Shown here one piece after another: positions 37,034 to 46,100 of a stretch of DNA of 64,000 bases (the stretch's first letter is position 1; every line of letters starts with the position of its first letter). Source of the DNA: an uncultured Gammaproteobacteria bacterium (GTDB taxonomy: Bacteria > Patescibacteriota > Microgenomatia > Levybacterales > UBA12049). The stretch covers positions 712,627 through 776,626 of the forward strand of contig OZ246394.1 of the NCBI GenBank assembly GCA_965230895.1, read 5' to 3'. The notes under the pieces were generated by a model that saw only the letters and a list, made by a program, of their open reading frames with translations, ran no database searches and was not told where the DNA came from. The translations under genes were made by a program, and so were the position numbers.

Positions 37034-39043
37034 TTAGAGATCAAGCTTCGTTTCTTTATCTGTTGTCAAATTAAATGTCTCTTCTGCCTTGCCGTTAATT
37101 GTTGTTGTGTATTCATGACCTGCTGTACCTGGCTGCTTTTGGATAAGCAATGGAAGTGGAGATCCTTTTTCAAGCTTAAATGGAAGCTTGTATTTCACTT
37201 CAAGTGAACCAACACCTTTTGGACGTACAGTTACAAAGCCTTCAATGACAGTCTTTCCAAGATCTTCTGAAGTTGTCATCTTAACCTGCGATCCCTTACT
37301 TTCAATTAACTCACTACCCTTTGGAACATAGATACGGATCCAATCTCGGTATTCAGCATTCAAACAAAGTCCACCACGCTCCAAATTACAATCAGATGGG
37401 GGGAATGGATTCTTATATTTAATCGTCAATGTCTTGGTAATATTACCGTCCTTATCGACTTCATAGGCATTGTCCACAGTTTCTTCCATAAAGATGTTTA
37501 CCTTTGCTCCTGAGAAATTAACTTCATTAATGTGGAGATAATCTCCTTCAAATGGTCTTATTTGGCCCGCAGCATTGAGAGCAACAATACCTTGCTGAGC
37601 TTGTTCGTCATACAAATTAAACATAATATGCTTTTGCTGTGTTTGCGCGATGATCGATTGGAAGAGTGGCCCCCAATATTGTTGTGGTGAAGATGAAAGT
37701 GCTTTTACCATGATTGCTGAAATCAAGTCTCCGATAATACTCTTTCGCTCTGTCTTAATATAATTAACTGGTCGAGAGATATCATTTTCAAGGACATAAA
37801 TTACTTGTGGGCAATCACATCGTGGATCAGTTTGTGTTGTAAATGTCTGTCCACCAGCTTGTACTTGATCATCAAGAATCTTAATTGTTGAGACAAGAAC
37901 GTGTGTATCGATAGCGATAATGCCATCAACATCTTCTTTTAATGCTGCTCTATCATACATTTCTTCAAAAGTCTTCATAGACTCTAGGAAGTCTGGAGAC
38001 AAATTGCTGTCACGTAAGTTTAATGTATATACCTTTGGAAGATACTTCAGTATCGGAGCTGGAGCTTTTGGCTTATTTGGAATTGAATCATCTAACTTAT
38101 AAATATCATCAGATTTTTCGAACTTAATAATACCCTTATCTATACTAAAGATAGCGTATGCAGTGATAAATCCACCAGTTGCACGAAGTTCTTTGTCATT
38201 CTGGAAGATAACAAGATATCGTTTAGCTTCCTGTTCACCGAGGAGTGAAGGTAACGTCTTAATAAGAGGCTTTGCATCACTCACTGCTGTTGCTGTTTGG
38301 TCTGCAGTGGTTTTGAGCATTGTCAATTGATCTTTGATCTTATTTCCAAAAATGATTTTTGGATAATGATTTGGGTCAACTTGATCAATTTCCTCTTGAA
38401 CCTTCACCAGTGAGGATTCTATCTTATCGATTTGCGGAGTAATTTTGCCCATACTGAGAACTGCGGTCTTAATTCGATCTTCAGTTGATCCCCCTGCGGA
38501 ACTATCATTTCCCTTTAAACCTAGTACGTCTGCATAAGGAGTTAATGAATCAGCAACCGTTTTTGCACTATCAAGTCCATGTTCACCAGCATTGAGCAAA
38601 TGCTCTGCGTCAGAATAGTACCAACCCACAATTGGAACAAATTTAAGTGGAACTAGGTAGCCAAGGTTTCGTTGCGTTTCTTTTAATGAAGCTTGTGTCT
38701 TTGTAATCTCTTGCGAAGCAAGCTCTACATTTTGTTTTTTGAGGGCGTTTTTAATAAGTTGTGCCTGTCGGTATGTCTTCAGACCGGATTGGTATGTCGC
38801 ATAAGCAGGGATACTAATGAGAACAACTAAGAGTGCGAAAATTCCCAAACCAATATAAAGCTTCTTTGAAACTTTAAATTTCTTTCCTCCTGAATTACCT
38901 TTTCTTCTCTTTGCCATTGGATCCTCCGTTACGCTTTTACTATTTGCGAAATCCTGCGGTGCCTTTCTCGGTACGTTTGTTGTTGTTTGGGTTGCAGAAG
39001 TTCGTTTTGGTTGTGCAAATTCTATTTTATCAAATCCAGCCAT
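37034..39043 (-). CDS. DUF4012-domain membrane-anchored extracytoplasmic protein
   Basis: A basic N-terminus is followed by one TM helix ('LYIGLGIFALLVVLISIPAYA') and a large exported domain containing 'RYLVIFQNDKELRATGGFITAYA'. I recall that signature as the DUF4012 family, which is frequent in CPR and Actinobacteria glycan loci. Confidence 0.5.
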   Translation of the reverse strand: MAGFDKIEFAQPKRTSATQTTTNVPRKAPQDFANSKSVTEDPMAKRRKGNSGGKKFKVSKKLYIGLGIFALLVVLISIPAYATYQSGLKTYRQAQLIKNALKKQNVELASQEITKTQASLKETQRNLGYLVPLKFVPIVGWYYSDAEHLLNAGEHGLDSAKTVADSLTPYADVLGLKGNDSSAGGSTEDRIKTAVLSMGKITPQIDKIESSLVKVQEEIDQVDPNHYPKIIFGNKIKDQLTMLKTTADQTATAVSDAKPLIKTLPSLLGEQEAKRYLVIFQNDKELRATGGFITAYAIFSIDKGIIKFEKSDDIYKLDDSIPNKPKAPAPILKYLPKVYTLNLRDSNLSPDFLESMKTFEEMYDRAALKEDVDGIIAIDTHVLVSTIKILDDQVQAGGQTFTTQTDPRCDCPQVIYVLENDISRPVNYIKTERKSIIGDLISAIMVKALSSSPQQYWGPLFQSIIAQTQQKHIMFNLYDEQAQQGIVALNAAGQIRPFEGDYLHINEVNFSGAKVNIFMEETVDNAYEVDKDGNITKTLTIKYKNPFPPSDCNLERGGLCLNAEYRDWIRIYVPKGSELIESKGSQVKMTTSEDLGKTVIEGFVTVRPKGVGSLEVKYKLPFKLEKGSPLPLLIQKQPGTAGHEYTTTINGKAEETFNLTTDKETKLDL

Positions 39044-39104
39044 TGTTTATAATCCCTTATCAAAATATTACTCATTTATACTTGAGCTAGTAGTGGTACA
39101 TTCT

Positions 39105-39142
39105 ATGATACCGAAAATTTTCGCTGCTTGTCAACTTGACAA
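39105..39142 (-). promoter_or_regulatory. Sigma70-like promoter for the DUF4012 gene with embedded palindromes
   Basis: On the minus strand the region reads TTGACA-18 nt-TATCAT. Plus-strand 'tgtcaa' lies at 39129-39134 and 'atgata' at 39105-39110. The -35 box sits inside the perfect palindrome TTGTCAAcTTGACAA (39128-39142). The spacer contains a second palindrome, CGAAAATTTTCG. Confidence 0.35.
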
Positions 39143-39150
39143 TGTATGAG

Positions 39151-39819
39151 TTAGGACGCACCTTTGCCAGATACCATCGCCCATGGAGTCTTAAGAATAA
39201 TATAGATATCAAGTAGAATTGACTTCTTTCTTGCGTAATCAGCATCCATTTGGATACGTTTATCAAACTTTAATTCGCTTCTTCCAGAAACCTGCCAAAA
39301 ACCTGTAATACCTGGTTTAACAGACAGCACTTCTTTTACAAGCTCTTTTGTTTGTGGGTATGCTTTCTGTTGTTTCTCAAGCTCTTCAGGATAATATGGA
39401 CGCGGCCCGACCAAACTCATCTCGCCTCTCAAAACATTAAAAAATTGTGGCACTTCATCGAGAGAATGTTTGCGTATAAACTTACCAACATGTGTAATAC
39501 GAGGATCATTTTTAATTTTATAATTTCCACCTTTTTGCTGTTCCTCATATGCTTTCTTGAACTTAGGATCAGTTTTTAATAAATAATATGCATTTACGAT
39601 CATTGAGCGGAACTTATACGGATAGAAAAATTTATTGTTTTTTCCAACTCTTCTCGGGGTATCAGCTAATATCGGCCCTTTTGATTCTAATTTGATGGCC
39701 AGAGCAACAATAATCATAATTGGAGAAAATAAAAGAAGGAGAAGGAGAGAAGAAATAATATCAATAGTTCTCTTTATAAATTCGTAGACCAAGCTTTGTG
39801 TGTGCTTTTTAGAAGACAT
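39151..39819 (-). CDS. Polyprenyl-phosphate sugar-1-phosphate transferase (bacterial sugar transferase, PglC/WbaP C-terminal type)
   Basis: An N-terminal TM helix is followed by the conserved C-terminal block '[14 protein letters not shown]...[28 protein letters not shown]'. Confidence 0.8.
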   Translation of the reverse strand: MSSKKHTQSLVYEFIKRTIDIISSLLLLLLFSPIMIIVALAIKLESKGPILADTPRRVGKNNKFFYPYKFRSMIVNAYYLLKTDPKFKKAYEEQQKGGNYKIKNDPRITHVGKFIRKHSLDEVPQFFNVLRGEMSLVGPRPYYPEELEKQQKAYPQTKELVKEVLSVKPGITGFWQVSGRSELKFDKRIQMDADYARKKSILLDIYIILKTPWAMVSGKGAS

Positions 39820-39821
39820 AG

Positions 39822-40907
39822 CTATGCCAGATGTTCGTAGTCAGTCCCACTAAGGTTTTGTACGAACTTCTTAATCTTAGGGACAGAGTCTTTTGGACAA
39901 ATCAAGATAACATCTTCCATACTTACGACGACAAGACCCTGTAAATCAATTCCTACAATAAGCTGCTTTGTTTCATTATGGATAATCGAATCCACACAGT
40001 CTTCAAGAAGAACTTTTCCTTTTGTTACATTTGCGTCAATCTCATCACTTAATGCTTCTTTCAGTGCTTCCCATGCACCAATATCACTCCAACCAATATC
40101 CGCTGAAATAACCATTCCAGCTTTTGGATCCATCTTTTCCAAAATAGCGTTATCAAATGAAATCTTCTCAAGCTTTGGATATACTTCTGCCAATACTTTT
40201 TCGTATTCATCAGTACCGTATGCATCTTGTATCTTCTTTAGATCCTTAAATAACTCAGGTGAAAATTCTTCAAATAACTTCCAAAGGAATCGTGGAGTTG
40301 TCGCGAAATAACCAAGATTCCAGGAATGTCGGTTATCTTTTGCCCATTCTTTTGCAGTTTCAAGCGCTGGTCTATATTGAAATCCTGTGAATTCATGAAT
40401 TGGAAATCCTTCAACATTTTCTGTTTCTTTTCCAAATTCAATATATCCAAGGTTTTGATTTGCAAATCGAGGCTTCTGACCGATGAACACAATCTTTTCA
40501 GGATCCTTCAAGACAAGTTTTTCTGCAACTCTAAGAATTTTCCTAAATTCAGCTTCTTTCTTAACAAGATGATCACTTCCCCAAAGAAGAACAATTGGCT
40601 CATCAGGATTTGTTTTAACAAATTGAGAAATTACCAAACCAACAGCAGGACCAACGTCTCGCATTTCAGGTTCAACAATAACATTCTTTTCAGGTAGTTC
40701 TGGCAATTGTTCGTGGATGTGATTTGCGTATTGTGTACCTGTGGAGATAAATACATCTTCCCAAGCAAACTCAGGGAATAATTTATGGACAGCTATTTGG
40801 AGCATGGATCGATCGGCAATGATTTTTCCAAACTGCTTTGGGGCATTTTTACGAGAAAGGGGCCATAATCTACTTCCGACTCCACCTGCAAAAAGAACTA
40901 TTTTCAT
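39822..40907 (-). CDS. manC: Mannose-1-phosphate guanylyltransferase (GDP-mannose pyrophosphorylase)
   Basis: 'MKIVLFAGGVGSRLWPLSRKNAPKQF' matches the ManC/CpsB N-terminus. A nucleotidyl transferase fold is present. Confidence 0.7.
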   Translation of the reverse strand: MKIVLFAGGVGSRLWPLSRKNAPKQFGKIIADRSMLQIAVHKLFPEFAWEDVFISTGTQYANHIHEQLPELPEKNVIVEPEMRDVGPAVGLVISQFVKTNPDEPIVLLWGSDHLVKKEAEFRKILRVAEKLVLKDPEKIVFIGQKPRFANQNLGYIEFGKETENVEGFPIHEFTGFQYRPALETAKEWAKDNRHSWNLGYFATTPRFLWKLFEEFSPELFKDLKKIQDAYGTDEYEKVLAEVYPKLEKISFDNAILEKMDPKAGMVISADIGWSDIGAWEALKEALSDEIDANVTKGKVLLEDCVDSIIHNETKQLIVGIDLQGLVVVSMEDVILICPKDSVPKIKKFVQNLSGTDYEHLA

Positions 40908-40930
40908 AACGTATCTGTACCATTATAGTA

Positions 40931-42013
40931 TTAAATTACTTTCTTAACAAGTCTAAGAAACTCCTCTTTAAATTTCTTTTCACTGAACCTTTCAGCATTC
41001 TTCCTTACAGTATTTGTATCAAATTTTATTTTAGTAAACTGTTCTAAAGTGTCTACAAGCGATTCAACTGTTTGTTGCTCAAAGAAAAGACCAGTTTTGC
41101 CATCGACCACGGTATCTAACGCACCACCTCTTCTCAGTGCAATCACTGGTTTTCCAAATGCCTGCGCTTCTACAACTACTAATCCAAAATCTTCAAATGC
41201 AGGAAAAATAAGAGCACGGCAATTCTTGTAATATTTGACGAGTTCTTTATCGCTAAGATTGCCCAAAAATTCTACTGTCGGACCTGCCATTGCTTCAAGT
41301 TCTTTTTTCCAACTTCCCTCTCCTATGACTTTCAACGGTAGCTTAAGCCTATTACATGCTTCGATTGCTATATCTACTCGCTTATACTTCGTAAATTTTG
41401 AAAGTCTTGAAACAACGAGAAAGTATCCTTTATTATTTTTGTTTAAAGATGCTTTTGTGGGAGATAGTGAAACTGGAGGATAGACGATAAGTGATTCTCG
41501 TTGATAATACTTTTTAATTCTTCCTTGTACTTCAGTTGAAATCGCTACGAGCATATCAGGACGTGCTGCCGCAGCTTTATCCCATTTTCTTAAGTACGAA
41601 ACGACGGGGTTTGCTGCGATACGTAATCCAGGATTTTTAAAATATTCCTCATAGCCGCTCCACAAATACCTTGTGGGCGTGAGGACATAACTAATATGCT
41701 TCGTTCCAGGTTTGGTAACAATACCTTTTGCAGCCTCACTTGTTACTGAAATAACTAAATCATACTTTTCAAAAGAGAAACGTTCAAATGCCATTGGCAT
41801 AAGAAACGGGTACATCTCGTGATTCTTGACGGCATGGGGATATTTTTGAAGAAAGGAGGTTTTGACATTGAAAACTTCTGCCCATTGAGCAGTTGTAGCA
41901 TTATAAACAGAGGTAAAGAGTGGAGCATTGGGAAAGATTTTATGTAAAGCGAGCAAGACACGCTCAGCACCTCCCCATTTATTTACTCTATCGTATACTA
42001 ATGCTACTTTCAT
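40931..42013 (-). CDS. Glycosyltransferase family 4 (GT-B)
   Basis: A C-terminal 'EDFGLVVVEAQAFGKPVIA' motif (E-x7-E box) and an N-terminal 'KVALVYD...GGAERV' fit GT4. Confidence 0.7.
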   Translation of the reverse strand: MKVALVYDRVNKWGGAERVLLALHKIFPNAPLFTSVYNATTAQWAEVFNVKTSFLQKYPHAVKNHEMYPFLMPMAFERFSFEKYDLVISVTSEAAKGIVTKPGTKHISYVLTPTRYLWSGYEEYFKNPGLRIAANPVVSYLRKWDKAAAARPDMLVAISTEVQGRIKKYYQRESLIVYPPVSLSPTKASLNKNNKGYFLVVSRLSKFTKYKRVDIAIEACNRLKLPLKVIGEGSWKKELEAMAGPTVEFLGNLSDKELVKYYKNCRALIFPAFEDFGLVVVEAQAFGKPVIALRRGGALDTVVDGKTGLFFEQQTVESLVDTLEQFTKIKFDTNTVRKNAERFSEKKFKEEFLRLVKKVI

Positions 42014-43127
42014 AAATTGCTAAAGTTTGTTCTGCCATAATTTTCCAAGAAAATTGTTTGGAGATCTTTAATCCTCTCTCTTGTAAAGCATCGAAAGATT
42101 CTTTCTCCGCAAGAACTTTTTGCATTGTATCATTCAATTGCTGTATATCAAGAGGATTAAAATAAATCGCTGCATCCTTATAAATCTCTTTAAAGACGGG
42201 AATCTCTGATGCAATAACTAAACATCCTTGCTGCATTGCTTCCAGTCCAGGTAATCCAAATCCTTCCATTAACGATGGGAGGACCAATGCTTGAGCGTTT
42301 TTATATAATGCACTTAGTTCTTCATCAGCGACTGCGCCTGTAAAGATTACACTGTTTTGAAGATTGAGAGATTGAGATTTTTGCTTTAGTCTTTCATAAA
42401 AGTAATTCATTTTTCCAACCATAACTAACTTTACCTCTGGGTTATCAGAAATGACTTTAGAGAAAGCTTCAAGAAGCCGTTCTCCATTTTTATGGGGATA
42501 CGCATTACCAACATAGAGAAAATATTTATCTGATTTGGATACATGGTATTTCTTTAAATCTTTATCATTTGCTTTAGAGATCTTTGCATCTACGCCTTCA
42601 TACGTGACGATTACCTTCTCTTTTGTTACAGGGAGATGATCAATAATTTCTTGTTTTGTGGCCTCTGAAACTGCGATAATTTTTTGTGCTTTCTTTGCTG
42701 TTTCTTTCAAGACAAACTTATATCCCAATCTTTTTACATGATATAAGGGTGATGGCAAGGTTGAGGCTTTTCCTGTAGGAAAATGGTTAATAATTAAATC
42801 ATGGATGGTAATCACATATGGTTGATTGTACAAAATCGGTATTGAGAAATAAGGGAAATGGACAAGATCAAGCGACTCATTCTCCAGAACTTTGTAAAAA
42901 AGTAGTTGCTCTTCAATAGAATGCCATCGGATATCAGTTTTGACCAATGTCCATTTACTCTCTTTTTCTTTGATGAAATCAAACAAGTCACTTTGAAAAG
43001 CTTCTGGAGTTACAAAAAGAACGTAATGATTTTTTTTGTCGATTTGGTGGAGATATGAGATAAGATTGCGGATGTAGCGTCCGACACCGGTTTCGTCCCA
43101 AAGCCTAGCATCAATACCTATTCTCAT
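41988..43127 (-). CDS. Glycosyltransferase family 4 (GT-B)
   Basis: 'MRIGIDARLWDETGVGRY' is the N-terminus. The C-terminal 'PSLMEGFGLPGLEAMQQGCLVIAS' motif is GT4-like. Confidence 0.7.
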   Translation of the reverse strand: MRIGIDARLWDETGVGRYIRNLISYLHQIDKKNHYVLFVTPEAFQSDLFDFIKEKESKWTLVKTDIRWHSIEEQLLFYKVLENESLDLVHFPYFSIPILYNQPYVITIHDLIINHFPTGKASTLPSPLYHVKRLGYKFVLKETAKKAQKIIAVSEATKQEIIDHLPVTKEKVIVTYEGVDAKISKANDKDLKKYHVSKSDKYFLYVGNAYPHKNGERLLEAFSKVISDNPEVKLVMVGKMNYFYERLKQKSQSLNLQNSVIFTGAVADEELSALYKNAQALVLPSLMEGFGLPGLEAMQQGCLVIASEIPVFKEIYKDAAIYFNPLDIQQLNDTMQKVLAEKESFDALQERGLKISKQFSWKIMAEQTLAIYESSISIR

Positions 43128-43153
43128 GAATAAAGTATACCATAGGAAGCTGG

Positions 43154-43405
43154 CTATCTTCTTCTCACTGGCGTGTTTGCAATTGAAGCAGCAGCACGAC
43201 GCCTTTGGCCTTCTGCTGAGACAATCGCGTGTCTATTAAGCGGAGGATGATTTCCTATATCATTTTTAAGTTTTCCTTCTGGCCCGAGGATTAATGCAAC
43301 TCCTTCTGCTAATTCAGCTGCATTACCAGTTTCCAAAAGAATTCTTGCTTTCTCATCAGTCGCGCCATCAATGCCCGAATAGTGAAATCTATTTGATTCC
43401 GTCAT
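43154..43405 (-). CDS. Hypothetical 83 aa protein with an Arg-rich C-terminus. Its local GC content looks higher than its surroundings.
   Basis: The ORF sits between two GT4 genes. It has no recognisable motif and may be spurious. Confidence 0.25.
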   Translation of the reverse strand: MTESNRFHYSGIDGATDEKARILLETGNAAELAEGVALILGPEGKLKNDIGNHPPLNRHAIVSAEGQRRRAAASIANTPVRRR

Positions 43406-43446
43406 AAGATCGCTATTCTAGCACGAAACGAGGACAATTTCAAAGG

Positions 43447-44640
43447 TTACTTACGAAGAACATTTGTATATGTGCTTTCTAAACCACGAGTTATATATTT
43501 CCATGTATAATTCTTTTCTATAAACGTTCGTCCTTTACCGCTAATTTTTTCATAAAGTTCTTTACTGTGAAGTACTTCATACGTTTTTTCTGCAAGTTGT
43601 TTAGCATCATTTCCTACTAATAATTCTTGTTCGTCTTCTGCATGGAGAGCATTGGCACTTAAAGACATTGTTATTACCGGTGTTCCGCAACTCATGGATT
43701 CAAGTATTTTATAGCTCGTTCCGCCTCCCACTCGAATTGGTGCAAGTAAAACAGCTGCTTCTTGAAAGATATCTGGAGTGGGTTTTGCTGACGTCGCTTC
43801 ATCAAATAAAACACGTGGATCATCAGTTAAATTCCGAATTGCATTGGGAATATTTCTTGCAACAAACCAAAGTTTTACATTATCTGAAACTTTATTCTTT
43901 AACAGTGGCCAAACATCTTGAATGATATATGCGGCGCTATCTCTATTTTGGATCCATTTGAAGTCTCCAATAAATAAGATCTTTTTCTCATCTTTCACTT
44001 TTTTCTGCAAGGGAATAAAGAAGAACTGATCTACATTAACACCATTGGCAGCGATATCTGCATTAAAACCAAATGTTTTAAGAATCGAGGCATCGTCTGA
44101 AGAAACCGTAACAACTTTTGAAGCGCGCTTCCATGATGACTCTTCTTCGCGTTTGATCTTCGCAATATCAATTCCCAGTAAGGGCTTAACAGGAAGAGGC
44201 GCCTGATTTTTAAATCGTTCATACACTTTATATTCGATATTATGCTCAATCAAAACAATTGGAATTTTGGTTTCTGGGACATTTTGCATAACATAAAATG
44301 TTTCAACATGAATCAAGTCAAACTGTTCATTCTGTAATAGCGTTTCAATTTTCTCACGCATTTCCGGAAGCTCATGACCAGTAGAAAGAAATGATTTTGA
44401 GGAAATTCCAGCTTTTGTAATATTTGATAAACTCCATTGTTTCTTTCGTGGCACAAGGATAACTTTTTTACAGATTTTTTCTACTTGCTTGATATCATTG
44501 TCTGTCTCCGTTGGACGACGTTCGCAGACCAGCGTAATTTCATGACGAGAAGAAAGCTCTTTAATAATATTATAGAGGCGTACTTGCCCACCAGAAAAAA
44601 GTGGATACGGTAAATATGAGGAAACAAGTAATATCTTCAT
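43447..44640 (-). CDS. Glycosyltransferase family 4 (GT-B)
   Basis: 'MKILLVSSYLPYPLFSGGQVRLYNI' is the N-terminus. The C-terminal 'GGGTSYKILESMSCGTPVIT' motif is GT4-like. Confidence 0.7.
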   Translation of the reverse strand: MKILLVSSYLPYPLFSGGQVRLYNIIKELSSRHEITLVCERRPTETDNDIKQVEKICKKVILVPRKKQWSLSNITKAGISSKSFLSTGHELPEMREKIETLLQNEQFDLIHVETFYVMQNVPETKIPIVLIEHNIEYKVYERFKNQAPLPVKPLLGIDIAKIKREEESSWKRASKVVTVSSDDASILKTFGFNADIAANGVNVDQFFFIPLQKKVKDEKKILFIGDFKWIQNRDSAAYIIQDVWPLLKNKVSDNVKLWFVARNIPNAIRNLTDDPRVLFDEATSAKPTPDIFQEAAVLLAPIRVGGGTSYKILESMSCGTPVITMSLSANALHAEDEQELLVGNDAKQLAEKTYEVLHSKELYEKISGKGRTFIEKNYTWKYITRGLESTYTNVLRK

Positions 44641-46100
44641 TATTTCTTATGTAAATCAAAAATTGCGTACTGTTCTGTAAAAGCAACTACTTTGTATTCT
44701 TCCTCCCATTGTTCTTTATCTTGCTGTGATGGATTAACCAGAACGAGATAATCTGCGCCTTTTTGGATAAGAATTGGCATTGGATCCTGGAAACTTGCCC
44801 AACCTCTTCGATCCATTTGGTAAAGCAATGAAGTATCTCCATTATAGTTTGCAACAATAAGAGCGTCTTTCGGCGTTAATTGTTGTACAGCTTTGCCAGC
44901 TGCAATAATTGAGCGGTTATTAATATTGAAGTATTCTTTTATAATGTTCCAACTCATATAAAAGCTTCCGATAATGAGCAGGACAACGAGAATTTTCCCA
45001 ATAGGAAATTTTTTGAAACTCCATTTCATTAAGAAATAACTTCCAATTGCCATAAATATTGCAACCGCTGGAATCGTTGGTATTTGATAATAATCATGTT
45101 GGACATTTCCTGTTGCTACAATAGAAACATATAATACTGGACCAATAAGAAATGATAAAAAGAATTTCCATTCTTTAAGAAGTTTTATACGCAATGCACC
45201 AAACCCCAAGAGTACTATCCCAAAATATCCGCTTATCAAAACTGTCAGTCGCTCATAAAATATCCATCTAAAAAATGCCGGTCGAAAACGAATACCATTT
45301 CCGTTCAATAACCATATGTTGGCAGGGATTCCTTCAGGGAATTGGGATATCCATGTCCTCCAAGCCAAAAGCGGTGCTACGGAAAGAATTGCGTATAGCC
45401 AAAGATGCCATTGTAGAAAGGTTTTCCAGCCAAAATGCTTAAATGCCAAATATATAATTGGAATTATGAAGAAAATTGCATGAGGCTTTAAGAGAAAGGC
45501 TACTGCTGTAAAAAATAAAGCTAATACAAAATTATTTATGATCTTCCTCTTCTCATGTTTTTGCTTAGTGAGTTCTTGAATCCATGTATCAAAGAAATAT
45601 ATACCTCCTAAGTACGCCATTACCATCGTCATATCAGGAAGAATTGTTCTCCCATAATAGATATTGAATGGGATGAACATATAAAAGAATGTACTTAGTA
45701 ACCCGAGTTCTTTATTGCTATGTCTCGAAACCAGAAGGTAAAGAAAAATACCAGCGCCAAGAGAGGCTGTTATACTAATAAGTCTTCCCCATTGCTCAAT
45801 TGTGAAGAAGCCAAAAATCATGAAGAGGCTTGCCTGAAGCGCATTATAAATTGGGAATTCAACAAAGAAGTATCCATTGGGATTATCCATTCCGGATTGG
45901 ACATTGGAGATATTAACCATCTTAGGGTAAAGCATGTTGATACCTTCATTGGCAAAAATCCTTGAAACGGAGGCGGTTTCTGATTGTCTCCAACTATGCC
46001 AATCAGCAATGGAATTATCAAAACCATAAAGTCGGACGATAAACCCACCAAAAAGAATACAAGCAAGAATAAGCAGTGTGTGGTTCCTCAAAAATTTCAT
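44640..46100 (-). CDS. Polytopic membrane glycosyltransferase, GT-C fold-like (ArnT/PMT/COG1807-like)
   Basis: A 486 aa protein with about 11 TM helices. The first extracytoplasmic loop carries the acidic/aromatic motif 'FDNSIADWHSWRQSE', typical of GT-C enzymes that use polyprenyl-P-sugars. The stop overlaps the start of the upstream GT4. Confidence 0.45.
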   Translation of the reverse strand: MKFLRNHTLLILACILFGGFIVRLYGFDNSIADWHSWRQSETASVSRIFANEGINMLYPKMVNISNVQSGMDNPNGYFFVEFPIYNALQASLFMIFGFFTIEQWGRLISITASLGAGIFLYLLVSRHSNKELGLLSTFFYMFIPFNIYYGRTILPDMTMVMAYLGGIYFFDTWIQELTKQKHEKRKIINNFVLALFFTAVAFLLKPHAIFFIIPIIYLAFKHFGWKTFLQWHLWLYAILSVAPLLAWRTWISQFPEGIPANIWLLNGNGIRFRPAFFRWIFYERLTVLISGYFGIVLLGFGALRIKLLKEWKFFLSFLIGPVLYVSIVATGNVQHDYYQIPTIPAVAIFMAIGSYFLMKWSFKKFPIGKILVVLLIIGSFYMSWNIIKEYFNINNRSIIAAGKAVQQLTPKDALIVANYNGDTSLLYQMDRRGWASFQDPMPILIQKGADYLVLVNPSQQDKEQWEEEYKVVAFTEQYAIFDLHKK

